Assembly: GCA_002633005.1 (NCBI GenBank)
Contig: NMRA01000241.1
Location: 504,277-568,276, forward strand
Direction of reading: 5' to 3'
Source of the DNA: Phoronis australis
Taxonomy: Eukaryota; Animalia; Phoronida
Length of the DNA stretch: 64,000 bases
Part shown: positions 39,885 through 52,343 of the stretch, piece after piece
Layout of the letters: every line of letters begins with the position of its first letter
Numbering within the stretch: position 1 is the first letter of the stretch
Position numbers and translations under genes: made by a program
The notes under the pieces: generated by a model
The model's database searches: none
What the model was told of the DNA's origin: nothing
The model's input: the letters and a program-made list of their open reading frames with translations, nothing else

Positions 39885-39985
39885 GCCTACATTCATTCGC
39901 GAATGCGAGCAAAGACTTCAGAATTCCTGAAAGTCCTCAACAGGGCTCGTCCTGAAAATAAGAAGAAAGAAAAGAAAACCATCAC
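39885..39985 (+). CDS. ARPC2: ARPC2 exon 8 (acceptor quadruplicated upstream)
   Basis: AYIHSRMRAKTSEFLKVLNRARPENKKKEKKTIT|gtaag. Confidence 0.93.
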
Positions 39986-40162
39986 GTAAGTTTGGGATTA
40001 GGTGCGATTGTGGTGACTTTATCATTGTGGTAACTAATTTATTCATCATTTTGTATAAAATATGTGAATCACGCAAATATTGAGGAAACGATGATGCTTT
40101 ATGGAATTGCTCGCTGCTCCAATTTTTATCTGTATTGCAGTTTTGTTGTTCTTATTTTGCAG

Positions 40163-40187
40163 GGGGCGCACATTTGTACAGAACTAG
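40163..40187 (+). CDS. ARPC2: ARPC2 terminal exon
   Basis: GRTFVQN*; summed CDS 903 nt = 300 aa. Confidence 0.9.
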
Positions 40188-41758
40188 CCCACTTATGAAG
40201 GCCATTGTTATAGACAAGCTTCCAAAGACTAGCTGGCTGGATGGCATAGCCTTGGTACTTACAGTGTATGCCAGCTGTGCACTTGCTCTGTTAACTGTTA
40301 TAATATTGTTACTTACTTTCAAATACTATCTCATTCGATACATTAAAGTATGCCATCTGTACACTCATTTTAAACAAATGATATTTAATAACACTACAAC
40401 TTTAGTTAGGATTCACCTGGGGTGATAAGTAATGAGGGCCGGTCCTTTACCTTTACCTAGACTTAACTTAGGGGTTCCATTGTGTGCAGATTGCATTCTC
40501 CCTTACGTTTAGGGTGACCCCTGGTCCCTAATCTGCTATTTTTGTCAAGTGGGCTTGCTGGCCTTGTATAAACTCTCGCCTTTCAGGCCTATTGCTCACT
40601 TTCACCATTCCCCCGTTGCTTTTCACCTGCCCCTCCCACTCTTGTCGAATATCGCCAAAATTCATTATTGCAAGCCAACTTGCCGCACTGTATTTGCTTT
40701 TAGTTAATAGTTTCAAGGATTTGTCCGTTTACAATTTGGAAATTTGTTTGTCAAAGCCAGTCTGTTTCTGTCTTACAATGCCAATGATTGACATGTTAAA
40801 GCACGTCTTTCACTTCCTCATCCAGGCAATGCCCCTGATGGATTATATGAACTGAGGCTGTCATTCTTTGTTTCTTCTTTCGCCAGTTGTTAAATGATGG
40901 GATTTTGTGCCAATGTTTTCAAACTTTGTTTTAATTTGTTCAAGTCAATCTTCTTTCACTGTATGTCCTAGCCGTTTGTGTATAATTTAGCTTTCTGTGT
41001 GCCTTACAAATAGTGGTAAAGAAATAACATTTGTGTTTGTCGTTATGGGTTCATTAGTGAGATATCTCTGAATTTGCTGAACCAGCCAACTGTTTGCCAG
41101 AAAGCCATTAGTAACCCAGATAAATAGACAAAAAAACATTTGCCAATTGTGGAAAACGTGTTGATGTTGCGAATCTTCCATGACGGTTGGATGAAAACTT
41201 GTTCTTGATTACCATTTTTGTGATTGTCCACTTGTTATGTAGCTGACAATAGTCATGGCTGGTGTTGAGTGTTGATGTGTTTGTCAATGTGTCAATTTGC
41301 TGACAAAGGGTTGCAGAAAGGTGTGGTTATCTATGAATTCTTTGTGCTGATCAGTTGTTCCAGTCTCTAAGTAATGACTTTATTGACTGTGCTTGTAAGC
41401 AGGGCATGTACATATTCTTTTATATTTAACAGTGATAATGCAATATAAATACAGTGGTTAATGCTAGTGCTAGTTTCAATTCTCTCATGTTAAAGGCGAA
41501 GACAACCTTTTTCCATGTCATTTTGAGCTAAAATAAGGTTGGTTGGTTATCCTAGACATATTTTTCACTTAATTACAGCTTTTCGTAATTTTATTAATTA
41601 TTCGTCCGCTTTTCCGGAAGTGACGTTTTAGGAGGCAAGCGCTTCCCGCCAATTTCTTTTCACATAGTCTGACTGTGAGAGCTGCCGAGTCAGTCATTGT
41701 TCTACCTTGGTTGTGTTAAGCTCCGTCGTCGTTCGCTTTCATTTACTAGTCAGTCAAC

Positions 41759-42830
41759 ATGCCACACTGTTGCTGCGTACCGGGATGTAGTAATTATCGG
41801 CTCGCGCGCGCTTTGGGAGTGCCTTTGCATCGCTTTCCGATGGATGACACACTTCGCCGTACTTGGCTCGTTCGTGTGAAGAACGCAGCGTTACCCGTCC
41901 ACGCAACGTACAAAGCAGTGGAGAATTACCGTGTGTGTGGCAAGCACTTTCTGCCGTCCGATTACGAAAGGGATTTGTACGCTGAACTGATGAAGGTCCC
42001 CGCGAAACAACGCTTGAAGAAGGATGCCATTCCGTCTGTGTTGATTCCCGGCAGTGCCCCGTCGCCACCCCCGAGAAGTGCGTTTTTGAAGCGAGAAGCC
42101 TCGCGAGCTGTGGCCAGTACAGTGACTGGAGCCAGTGGAGGCACTTCATCTACTGTCACCCGTGCCTCCGAACGTACCCCAGAGCGTGCAATTCCTGGAA
42201 CCAGTAGTGATTCGCCCTGTGCTGTTTTCTCCAGCCCAGAGCCTCTAAGCAGCCCTGCAGCGATATTGAGTAGTGGGAGTGATTACAGGCCCAGTTCGAC
42301 ACCCAGTGAAGAGGACAGTTCGTCGTCCAGTGAACAGATCGGTGAGCCAAACTTTGATAAGTTTATTGTGGACTTGTCTAAAGTGTTGGAGCTATTTAGA
42401 AGGTGCCAGGTGTGTGGCGAGGGAGTCACACGACACAATGTAAGCAGTTTGGGTGCTCAGGTCACCATCCAGTGGGAGTGTGTCACGGGACACTCTGGCA
42501 AGTGGGACAGTTGTTCCTCTGTCCGTGGTATGCCGGAGGTCCACTTAACCATGTCCAGTGGTGTGCTCTTCACTGGAAACACGTTTCAGTCGGTGAAGAC
42601 AATGATGGACTTTGGAAAAGTCAAGTTTTTTTTCGAAAACAACATTCAACAACATTCAGAATTCCTATTTAATACCAGTTGTCAATGACGCATACATGTC
42701 ACAACATCTCGAGTTGGTGGCGGAATTCATGGAGAAGGAGAACTTGTCTGACTCACCAGGGCGGTCCGCCAAGTATACCACATACACTCTAATGGAGGAA
42801 GAGACCAAAAAGATAATTGATGTGGAACTC
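41759..42830 (+). pseudogene. THAP-domain transposase, 5' part (frameshifted, truncated)
   Basis: THAP CCVPGC..W..VCGKHF..DAIPS; Cys/His cluster CQVC..CVTGH; after frameshift DSPGRSAKYTTYTLM; DDE core missing. Confidence 0.85.
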
Positions 42831-43100
42831 GGAACAGCACAAGCATTCAATTGAGGTAGGCATAACAACGCACACAGTGCATTTGCACCAAGATGTGTCA
42901 CCACGTCTGTCTTCAGTAGCCGCCTCGTTTCTCTCAACAGCTGCCTGTGCCTGTGTGTACTCTGCCTCGTTGTACTCGGGCTCAAACATGTACCCACCCA
43001 CTGAATGTCCGTGAAAAAATTCCTCGTCACCACTGCTGTGAACAAGGTCTCCGTCACTCACACTACTGTCACTGTGATACGGGTCACCGACTCCAGCCAT
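42825..43100 (-). pseudogene. P2X7 C-terminal (Zn-cysteine/ballast)-like accessory protein, 5' part
   Basis: Acidic N-terminus, YMFEPEY, then WCKCTVCVVMPTSIECLCCSE; truncated at junction with the transposase. Confidence 0.8.
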
Positions 43101-45641
43101 TTTCAGCTTACAACACACTAAACAATCCCTAAATCCAACGCAGTTGAGTTCTCTACTAACCTATCTTGCCGCAGAATACTCGCCGATGGAAAGTGGTGGC
43201 GACAATTGGTGAAAAATAGCACAAAACAAAAGTAGAATAGAACAGATTCGCACAGTAAGCTCAACGCAAAACCAAGTGGCGGGAAGCGCTTGCCTCCTAA
43301 AACCTCACTTCCGGAAAAGCGGACGAGTAATTAATAAAATTACGAAAAGCTGTAATTAAGTGAAAAATATGTCTAGGATAACCAACCAACCTTATTTTAG
43401 CTCAAAATGACATGGAAAAAGGTTGCCTTTGCCTTTAAAACTACATTACAAAAAGGTATGCCTCTGGTCTCTACAAAATTAGGTCTCTCAACTTTCTTAC
43501 GCCATAACCAATAAAAATTGTGGGACTGTCTTCTGTGCCAGGATATCTGAATACTAGCAGGAAGAGATAACCACTCCTGGTTATCTCTTCTTGATACTAG
43601 TCGTATGTTCATATCTAGGATTGGTGTCAGTCATGGCATGAAGCAATTAGTGCACGGTTTGTTCTGGTTAAAAGTTAGCATTTAAAGTTGCACTCGGCAA
43701 TAATTGGGTAAAGTTGCAAACTTCAAACTAGAATAGATCAACTTAGTAACGGTGAATCTTAACTTTAAGTAATCAATTACTTCATTCAGTGTGTTTTATG
43801 TAATATAGGAATGCTAACTCAAGAACCAAAGGAAAGCGTTGCACCCGCTAACATGAACCAAGACATGATGTGTTAACATTGTAGGTTTGTCTTTGTTTTC
43901 AATTTTAACTGCTGGGCTGTGGTGCATATATCGCGAATATGTTGCCCATTTTTTTTTTTGTAAATCTCCATTGTAGAATATGGTGATGCATGTTCGTCTC
44001 CCCTGTACTGAGGTCAATTGTCCAAATCACATCCAACATACATCAACACGTTTTTATTGCTGCAATGTCTTGGATTGTCAGCTTTAATCCAAGGTCCGAC
44101 TTCCATGATTTACAAACCACTAATTTGGGAACCAAGCGATCATTTCTCGTTGCTGTGCCCCAGTTTGGCAAATGAGATGGCTAAAATTGAAATTGAATCA
44201 ATTTTTTCTAGAAATTTTTAGATTTACATTGAAATGAATTGTCTTGTTCGTGTATTTCGGTATTTTTGTTCCCAGATCAAAGGTTATGATTTGTTTGGAT
44301 GTCTAACACACAAATTTGATTTTAATTTCAAATTTATCCACCTTATTCACCTAACTTGGGTTCAGCAACTTTTATCAAGAAAAGAACAAAACAATTCTAA
44401 AAAATCCAGACCACCCTACACATTCAAGACATGATCTTTACAACAACAAATGAATGCGCCCATTACCAAACAATTACAATATATCATTTCTCCATATAAT
44501 TGTTGATCAAAGCAAACGAGTAAGATAAATGTAGATCAAAACAATACCACCTCTTTAAAATAGTGTAACACGCCACAGCTAAAAAACTTCAGTTAAAATT
44601 CTCATATCAAGCCATGATGAAGATGACTTATTATTAAACAGACTCTCTCAGAACACTTGTATATAAAGACAAACTGTATCAGTATGGTGATTAACTGTAT
44701 CAGTATGGTGATTAACTGCATCCGTATGGTGATTTTCATTTTACTTATTCAAGCACAGGCACCTGATGATCATCTTACAAGTGTTTAGATCAATCACCTT
44801 ATAAATGTTTACATCATGCTCCTGGAAATTTAATTCTGTTAGAATAGCTTAAGCAAAAAAAAAAACTAACAAGCAATACTAATACAATGGAGAGCTACCT
44901 ACAATAGGTGCACAACTTGTATGAACTCTTGGCTGTCTCCACAATTTAGTGAACGTTAAAGTACTCACAGTTACAGTCCATTGACAGGGGTGAAAAATAG
45001 TATTCGAAGATATAGACTATTAACAAGTTGCAGAGTCAAGACTGCTACCGTACTTGATGCCACTGAGTACTTTTCTNATGGGTTGGAGAAATAAATGAAA
45101 AATATGGGCGGTGGGTACGAAATAAAAGTGCCTTCCCCCCCTCCCATACAGATTTTGCTGGAACAGCCCTAAGACAAACTGTATCAGTATGGTGATTAAC
45201 TGTATCAGTATGGTGATTAACTGTATCCGTATGGTGATTTTCATTTTACTTATTCAAGCACAGGCACCTGATGATCATCTTACAAGTGTTTACATCAATC
45301 ACCTTATAAATGTTTACATCATGCTCCTGGAAATTTAATTCTGTTAGAATAGCTTAAGCAAAAAAAAAAACTAGCAAGCAATACTAATACAATGGAGAGC
45401 TACCTACAATAGGTGCACAACTTGTATGAACTCTTGGCTGTCTCCACAATTTAGTGAACGTTAAAGTACTCACAGTTACAGTCCATTGACAGGGGTGAAA
45501 AATAGTATTCGAAGATATAGACTATTAACAAGTTGCAGAGTCAAGACTGCTACCGTACTTGATGCCACTGAGTACTTTTCTTTAAAACTAGTGGTTTGGC
45601 ACATCAGACAGCATAAATGGAGCACAATCCATGTATCTCCA

Positions 45642-45734
45642 TCAGCTGTTATGGCCTAGTGTATTAGTTCTCAGTAGTGGACTGTAGACAACAGCTGTGG
45701 CTGACTTGGACATTACTCTCTTTGATAAAGATTT
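45642..45734 (-). CDS. Uncharacterised gene, terminal exon
   Basis: tttcag|KSLSKRVMSKSATAVVYSPLLRTNTLGHNS*; phase-consistent. Confidence 0.6.
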   Translation of the reverse strand, partial: KSLSKRVMSKSATAVVYSPLLRTNTLGHNS

Positions 45735-46508
45735 CTGAAACACAATGTAAACTGTTGATGCGCTAACGTACAACTATACCATTCAACTTTCGTCTGTCTG
45801 GAACATCATTTTTTGTAAATACAAGGCTGTCATTCCTACTTTACTTTACTTTCATTTATAATAACATGTTATCATTAAAACTATAAACACTCAAAAAGTG
45901 CGAACCTCTGCCAAGGCACCATAGTTCAAGAAGCAATTACAAGCAGATGCAAAACATTCCAACCAGGTTTCAATGTTGCCTCGGTAATGACTTTCAGTTA
46001 TACAGTCCGAAGTCACCTAACTATACTGTACACAAGTTGATTTGGTTACCATGAATTTCAAGCATTTTAGAAAAGTCCGAAAGATTCGTAGTAATTTGGT
46101 TTGATTACCCTTGCACATCTGAGGAAAAATGTTAAACTTGTTTCCATCTTAAATTTAAAACAAAGCACTCTGTTTCCAACATATACACAAGTGCATACTG
46201 TTACGATGTAAGCAAACAAAAAAAACTGTTGCATTCTATTTACAAACAGTGTGTGCAGTATATGAAGACTAAGAATTCTTACTTATCCAATTCGATGAGC
46301 ATTTTTCAGAAAGAGATCTCAGACCTCCACAGGTTCTCTCGCTACTATAGTGTTTAAGCGACAATGACAAACAATATTTCTTAAGAATGACGCCCATTTA
46401 TTTGGATGGACTGGAAAGCAATCTGCACTGTCAACATCAATCTATGACATTTTAATAATACGGTACTTAACAAACACAATCCACTCAAAATGTTGTCTTC
46501 AGGAGTAC

Positions 46509-46615
46509 CTTAGACAGTATAGGCCTGCACCAGTGCTCTTCTGCTTTGCTGGGACTGTGCTTGGAGGTTATGTGATCCACAAGGTCATGTCTCCACTTTA
46601 TGCGAGGGCTCTCAA
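46509..46615 (-). CDS. Uncharacterised gene exon (RIKW, RPILSK)
   Basis: VESPRIKWRHDLV...CRPILSK; AG/GT boundaries, phase 1 to 0. Confidence 0.72.
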
Positions 46616-47085
46616 CTGGCAGACAAACACATAATTAAAACAAGTATAGGCATCAGTAAAACAGGAGAGGAAACAGTGTGGCTCAGTGGTATAAGCTCTG
46701 AACTCCCGTTTGGGAGACCCAAGGTTGGCTACCTCCCATTCACTAATGCTAAAACCTCGTTAAAAAGCAAGACTTCGCGAGATTATGCGAGACATTGCCG
46801 TGTATTTTAAATGAGAACAAGTGACTTTGGCTAGATGTTAGCTAGGTCCTAGCGTTACTGAATGAACACCTGGGGATAGATGTATGTTGCCTGGTGACAC
46901 ATTCATGTTGCCTTGGTGACAGCAGTATGTTGCCTGGTGACAGATGCACGTTGCCTGGTGACAGATGCACGTTGCCTGTTGATTTGATGTAGATTGATCT
47001 AGATAAAAAATGATGGGTGGACTCATAGGTGAGAAAATTGAGGATGGATTTAAATCCAAGTGAATATTTGAACACAGTGCCGTAC

Positions 47086-47197
47086 CTGTTGAGTCTTTAA
47101 GCAGGTTCAAAGGGTCTTGCTTTTCCAATATCTTTGCCACCGTTTTGCTGTTACAAATAGTGTGCAACTTGGTAACAGCGTCTAACTCTTTCTGACT
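47086..47197 (-). CDS. Uncharacterised gene exon
   Basis: SQKELDAVTKLHTICNSKTVAKIL; phase 0 to 1. Confidence 0.72.
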
Positions 47198-47629
47198 CTA
47201 AAGTAAACAGCAGTGTTCAAAGATAGAATTATAGTTATTAGTATTTTGACTTCATGTCATAGTAAAAATTCTCACTATTAACTGAACCAAAGCAAATAAA
47301 ATTAAATTGATTGGCTAGAGTGCACTTTCATTCCTGCAGACGAGCAGCTTTCTCTATCAAAAACAATTTTGATCTAGGCCACGTACCATCGTAAAATTGG
47401 TCTCAAATTCTTCCTTAGACAAACTGGGTGCAATTTCAGGACTTCAAAAAAACTAGCTAACTGTTCCACCTGCCAAACAACACGAAAATGCCTCATACTG
47501 TATTTTCATTATACAAGATTTGCTTTTACCTCAAAAAGTAGACACAACTTTTTATCATTTTCTATAAATTTTCATGAACAAGAAACAAGTCATGCAACCC
47601 ACACAGCATGGCTCACACCTCTTAAGAAC

Positions 47630-47808
47630 ATGACTCATGGACCTGGACACAGTCACACACATGACTCATGGACCTGGACACAGTCACACACATGACTCAT
47701 GCACCTGGACACAGTCACACACATGACTCATGGACCTGGACAGTCACACACATGGCTCATGCACCTGGACACAGTCACACACGACTCATGCACCTGGACA
47801 CAGTCACA
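47630..47808. repeat. 30-bp minisatellite
   Basis: Unit catgactcatggacctggacacagtcacac. Confidence 0.88.
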
Positions 47809-48238
47809 TTCTTATAAACACAAGTTACTTCACTCACATGACTAAAAATCATGTGTATGTCTCAGCGAAGTTTCCGCGAGTCGTGTTCAAAGGTGCCAGA
47901 GCTGTGTTTGGAATCAGGAGCTATGCTTTTTTGGTGGGTGCTTTATGAGTGCAGAGCCAAATTTGTAAGCCAGTGAACTGAGTTTACAAGTCCGTGAACC
48001 GTATTCACAAGAGTACATGAGTGTGTAGTTATGTTCATGGTTGTGTGACTCATGTCGTTCGGGTAGCATGCTCATGACAGTCTTAAGTTATATGATCTCA
48101 ATCTCCTCATTCACAAGCAAAGAAAATAAAACTTTCCAAGCATACATTACTTTAGTAACTACGCTACCCTCCCCCAGCCTAAACCAGTTTATAGGTTACG
48201 CACAATAAACATTATACAAGACATTATGTAGACATTAC

Positions 48239-48331
48239 CAGGCTGAGTGCAGGGCGTTCAACACAAGCAGACTTTGGCAGCATCTGAGGAATTCCCGGGT
48301 AGTCACAAGGTAACTTTGTAGGTTTTGGAGA
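48239..48331 (-). CDS. Uncharacterised gene exon
   Basis: SPKPTKLPCDYPGIPQMLPKSACVERPALSL; 93 nt, phase 0/0. Confidence 0.68.
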
Positions 48332-48669
48332 CTAAATGTAAAAGTAATTATGCTCAGTAGTTTATGGAAGAAAAATTAAAGACCAACTCTCAGGCCACGG
48401 CTGGATACTTGACTGCGTAAATATATGTAGTTTATAAAGTTCAAACTTATTATTACTAGCATTTGTGTGACAATGTTTTACAGGGCTCACACTGTCGTAG
48501 ACGAATTAAAAACAAGCAGACCACCGTAAGTAGCCTGACATATTATTGACACAATTTCTGTGAATGGCCATCTCACATTAGCCATATTCTGACTTGCAAG
48601 AAGTATGGTAACTTATCACTTATTTCCCATGAAAATAATTGCCAAAATTATCAGTTTTCTAATTTTAAA

Positions 48670-49108
48670 AAGTCCCGTCCACACAGCCTACCCTGTGGGG
48701 TAAGTTGCACTACAGCAAGCTGTTTTACAACTTCCAGTACTGGTAGGGCAACTTTAATATCTTACTTTTAAGTGGAGTGTCCATACACACACATATATCT
48801 GATAAGTAGGGTAAAGCGTAAGTTGTCACTCTGTCCACGACAAGGGACAGCGAATACAGTGCACAAATGAACTCGTCAGTATGTAACAGCAGTTGATAAT
48901 TACTTCCCCTTTGCCCCAGGTTTGCGGCCACACAGCAATAAGAAGTAGCACAAGTTATCCTAGAACAAGCAACGCTACCTCAATAAGGTAGAGTACTAGA
49001 AAGTTGTCACAAGTCTGGTAAGTTGCATAAGTTTGAATGTCATCCACACAGCCTCCAAACCTAGCGACAACTTGTTCTATGGGCAAGTCTGTGTGTGGAT
49101 GGCACTTA
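48670..49108. mobile_element. MITE, related fragment at ~37947-38290
   Basis: Termini aagtcccgtccacaca / tgtgtggatggcactt are inverted; the same 5' end occurs at 37947. Confidence 0.6.
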
Positions 49109-49277
49109 TCTAGATTAGACTAAAATTTTCTAGTTCTTAATTTTTGCTTAGAAATTTGACAAAATAAAATTTCACTTGTCCATCATACTGCATGCTAAAT
49201 AGATGAAAAAATATTCTTTGACCAAATTTGGTAATATTTGTACTCGAGTATTATGGAACCATGACCTTTCAACTCAC

Positions 49278-51387
49278 GTGAAGCTGACTCAGCTTGGCAT
49301 AGCTGGAGTCTTGTTTCAACTTTTCCTGTAACACCTCGCGCTTTTGCCTCAATTGCTTCAACTGAAATTTTTTCTGCTCCAAGAGTCTCGCATACTCTTC
49401 ATTAGACACTTTGGTTTCCGCAGGTGCCATGGCTGTGTCAGGCATGGTTAACACTGGCCTACTGGAACTATCAGCTGAGTTCGGGTCATCAGAGGAGGTC
49501 CGGTCAACAGAGGAGGTCCGGCCAACAGAGGAGGTCGGGTCAACAGAGGTGGTCGGCTCAACAGAGGCAAGGGAAGCAGAGGACGGGCTAGATTTTAGTT
49601 CCTCACCCTGCTGATTACAAGAATTCTGTGCCAGAAACCTTACCGGCCCAGTTGCTTCCACAACTGAAGAGGTTATGACTGACCTCTGTAGCTTATTCTG
49701 TTGACTACCTGCGGTCTTCAACACATCTGATTCTTCATCCTCAGGTTTCTTTGCATAATCAGAGCTCTCTGGCAAAATCTCAGCTTTTGTGGAACCATTG
49801 GTGCTAGGAAATTGATAAGAGACTATCTGTTTACATGCAACTTCTTGGCACAAAAGACTTGGCGATAAAAGAGCCGGCACAGTTGCAGATTTAGGAAAAC
49901 TTTGTGAGCAAGAGCTCAACTGGGTTTTACTTTTAACACCAGTCTTCTCAGGATGAGGTTCTTGGGAATTAACTTTGCTTGATGCCAGTCCATCAAAAGG
50001 ACTAAACACACAGGCATTATCACTCTTCTTAAATGGTGACAATGATCCAAAATAGTGCGGCTGTGCATGTAATGTCACTGTAGAGATGGGTGAATCAGAG
50101 AACAGGATTGTTGGAAAGAAATGATTAGGACTAGTCAGTTTAATGGCTCTTTGGAAACGCTGCATGTCTGCAGCTGCGTCAACATCTTGGCTGGTATTAT
50201 CTTCAGTTGTCTTTCTTGTGGTCTGTTTTGTGGGAGTGTAGGTAGAGAATGCACTGAATCTGTCACCAACATTCAGGTCAGGTTGACTAACAGCATCACA
50301 GACATGCTGGATATCAAGTGGTTGTAAAACCTCAACAGGGGGAGGCACTGGCACATTGCAATCAATGAATGGACTTTGGTGGGAGATCATTGTCTTGCTA
50401 ATTGTACTTATGTTTGTATTAGTCACTGGAGCACCAACTGTGCTGTCAGCAAAATCCTCAATGAAGCTCCTATTGAGAGTTGTTTCAACAGGGGTAGGTA
50501 CTGTTACATCGCAATATCTGTGCAGATTTTGGTGGGAGACCAGTGTGTTGCGAACTGTACTTATGTCTGTATCATTGACTGGAACATCTTCACTAAGGAC
50601 AGTGTCAGCAGAATACTCAATGAAGCTCCTATTGAGAGTTTCAGAACAAGTCTCATTGTGTTTTAAGCACTTGGGACTACCATTGGAACCCGCATTAGAT
50701 GCAGTTTCATTAGAACTGGTCTGAGATGGTGAGCACTGTTTCGTGAACTCTGGCCAGCCACCGTCAGTATCAGAAACTCTAGCATTGTTGAGGGTACTGT
50801 GCGAATCGCTAGATTCAAAACTTTGCAAGTTTTCACAGTTTACGTAATTATCTAACACATCTAACACACCTTTAGAGTCACCGACATTCAAAATGGTGCA
50901 ATCTCTTTTTTTATCGCCAAAAGCTGATGAAGTGTCCATTTCAACACTCAAGTCACCCGAGAGACCAGCATTGTTCAACAGGCTAGCAGAATTCTCATCC
51001 ATTGACTTGATCGTCAAATCCAACGGTGCAATGTCTGAAACACTGTAACTACTAGCACCATGTCGTTCACCAGATGTATTACATGTATTACATGTTTTAT
51101 CTTCTTTTCTTTCAGTACGCAGATCAAGCCCTTGGCTGTGTTGGATCTGGTCAACATGGTGAGTAGAATTTCCCTCTGCATGCAATTTTCCTTCCTTATT
51201 TGATTGGTTTATTGTCCTGCGCATGACATGTGGGTCTTTCCTGAAGCCGGGGAAGAAGACGACTGTTCGCCTCTTGTGGAATTTTCTCGTCTTCTTCCTC
51301 TCCAGCTCCGTGACGTCACCAAAGAATACCTCCTCCTCAACTGCGTCATCATCATTGGCACAAAACTGCAGGTCCCCCAGCTCCAAG
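49278..51387 (-). CDS. Uncharacterised gene, 2.1-kb exon (S/T-rich, disordered, C-terminal coiled coil)
   Basis: 709-codon open frame bounded by ttttccag and gtgagt; EEEVFFG motif; internal LNRSFIE duplication. Confidence 0.85.
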
Positions 51388-52243
51388 CTGGAAAACATAT
51401 GTTTAAGAATTCTATTTTAATTGTCAGTTATTTGAAAGTGGTTTTGAGTCCCATGTACAACTAATTACAAGACATCTAAGAAGCAAACTTTAAAGTCATA
51501 TAAATCAAGTTTGCGGCAATGAAACATTCTGATAAAGCACTCAAAAGGCATTGGTCCCTAGTGTTAGTATTGTTAACTTGCTGGATTAAATTAGAAAAGC
51601 AAAAGGTACCATTTAAAACATAAACTGAACAATAGTTTCTCATAGAGGGCGCTGCATCGGAATAAAGGTAATAGAAGATCCATATGCCTATATGCTGAAC
51701 GTTAAAGGACCAGACCTGGTTTACCAACAGTTGTATAAATCACAGAAAACATTGCTTGGTTGAAGGGCCAAAATGTTGTTTATCTGTTCTGGAAATAATT
51801 TAACTCTGCATTGCTAGGCGGAAGATGTGAATGATGACTGCACTCAGTTGACAAGCTAACAAAACACTATGATGTAAAGAGTGGTACTGTGTGAAACAAG
51901 ATTTAATTATCCTCTCATCTTGCACTACATTTTTGATGTAATTCTTGTCTTATTAAACGCAAAAAATATTAACAAAATTGTACTTTTTCTATTTTCAAAA
52001 GGTTGTTTATTTTTCTGCAAGTATTGGACAACTACAACATGTCGTTTTATGGCATATGCACACTGAAACCATGTTGATAACTGTGCTGATAACTGTGATG
52101 ATAACTGTGCTGATAACTGTGCTTGTTATTCTTTAGAATTTGTCAAAAAAAAATTCATTCGCCTACCATACGGTGTGCTAAATAGGATAATAGTCAGTAA
52201 GACTATTTTGATATTATTGGATTATTTACACATTAGCACTCAC

Positions 52244-52343
52244 TGCTGTTGATCAGCCGACACTGTGTTTTCATCTATCTCTGTAAATGGCTGCCGCCCC
52301 TTATTTCGTGTTGACAGATCCACAGGCTGGTGTCCATGGCCAT
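52244..52343 (-). CDS. Uncharacterised gene exon (PVDLS)
   Basis: tgtag|..GHGHQPVDLSTRNKGRQPFTEIDEN..|gtgagt; phase 2 matches the large exon. Confidence 0.72.

Larger units (their letters stand above)
41494..43434. mobile_element. Kolobok-like DNA transposon, internally deleted
   Basis: 158-bp TIRs (41494-41651 and 43277-43434), AG..CT termini, TTAA on both sides (41490-41493, 43435-43438). Confidence 0.9.

Noticed and set aside
46675-46740. tRNA-like A box (tggctcagtggt)
   Set aside because: B box and cloverleaf are decayed; at most an old SINE head.
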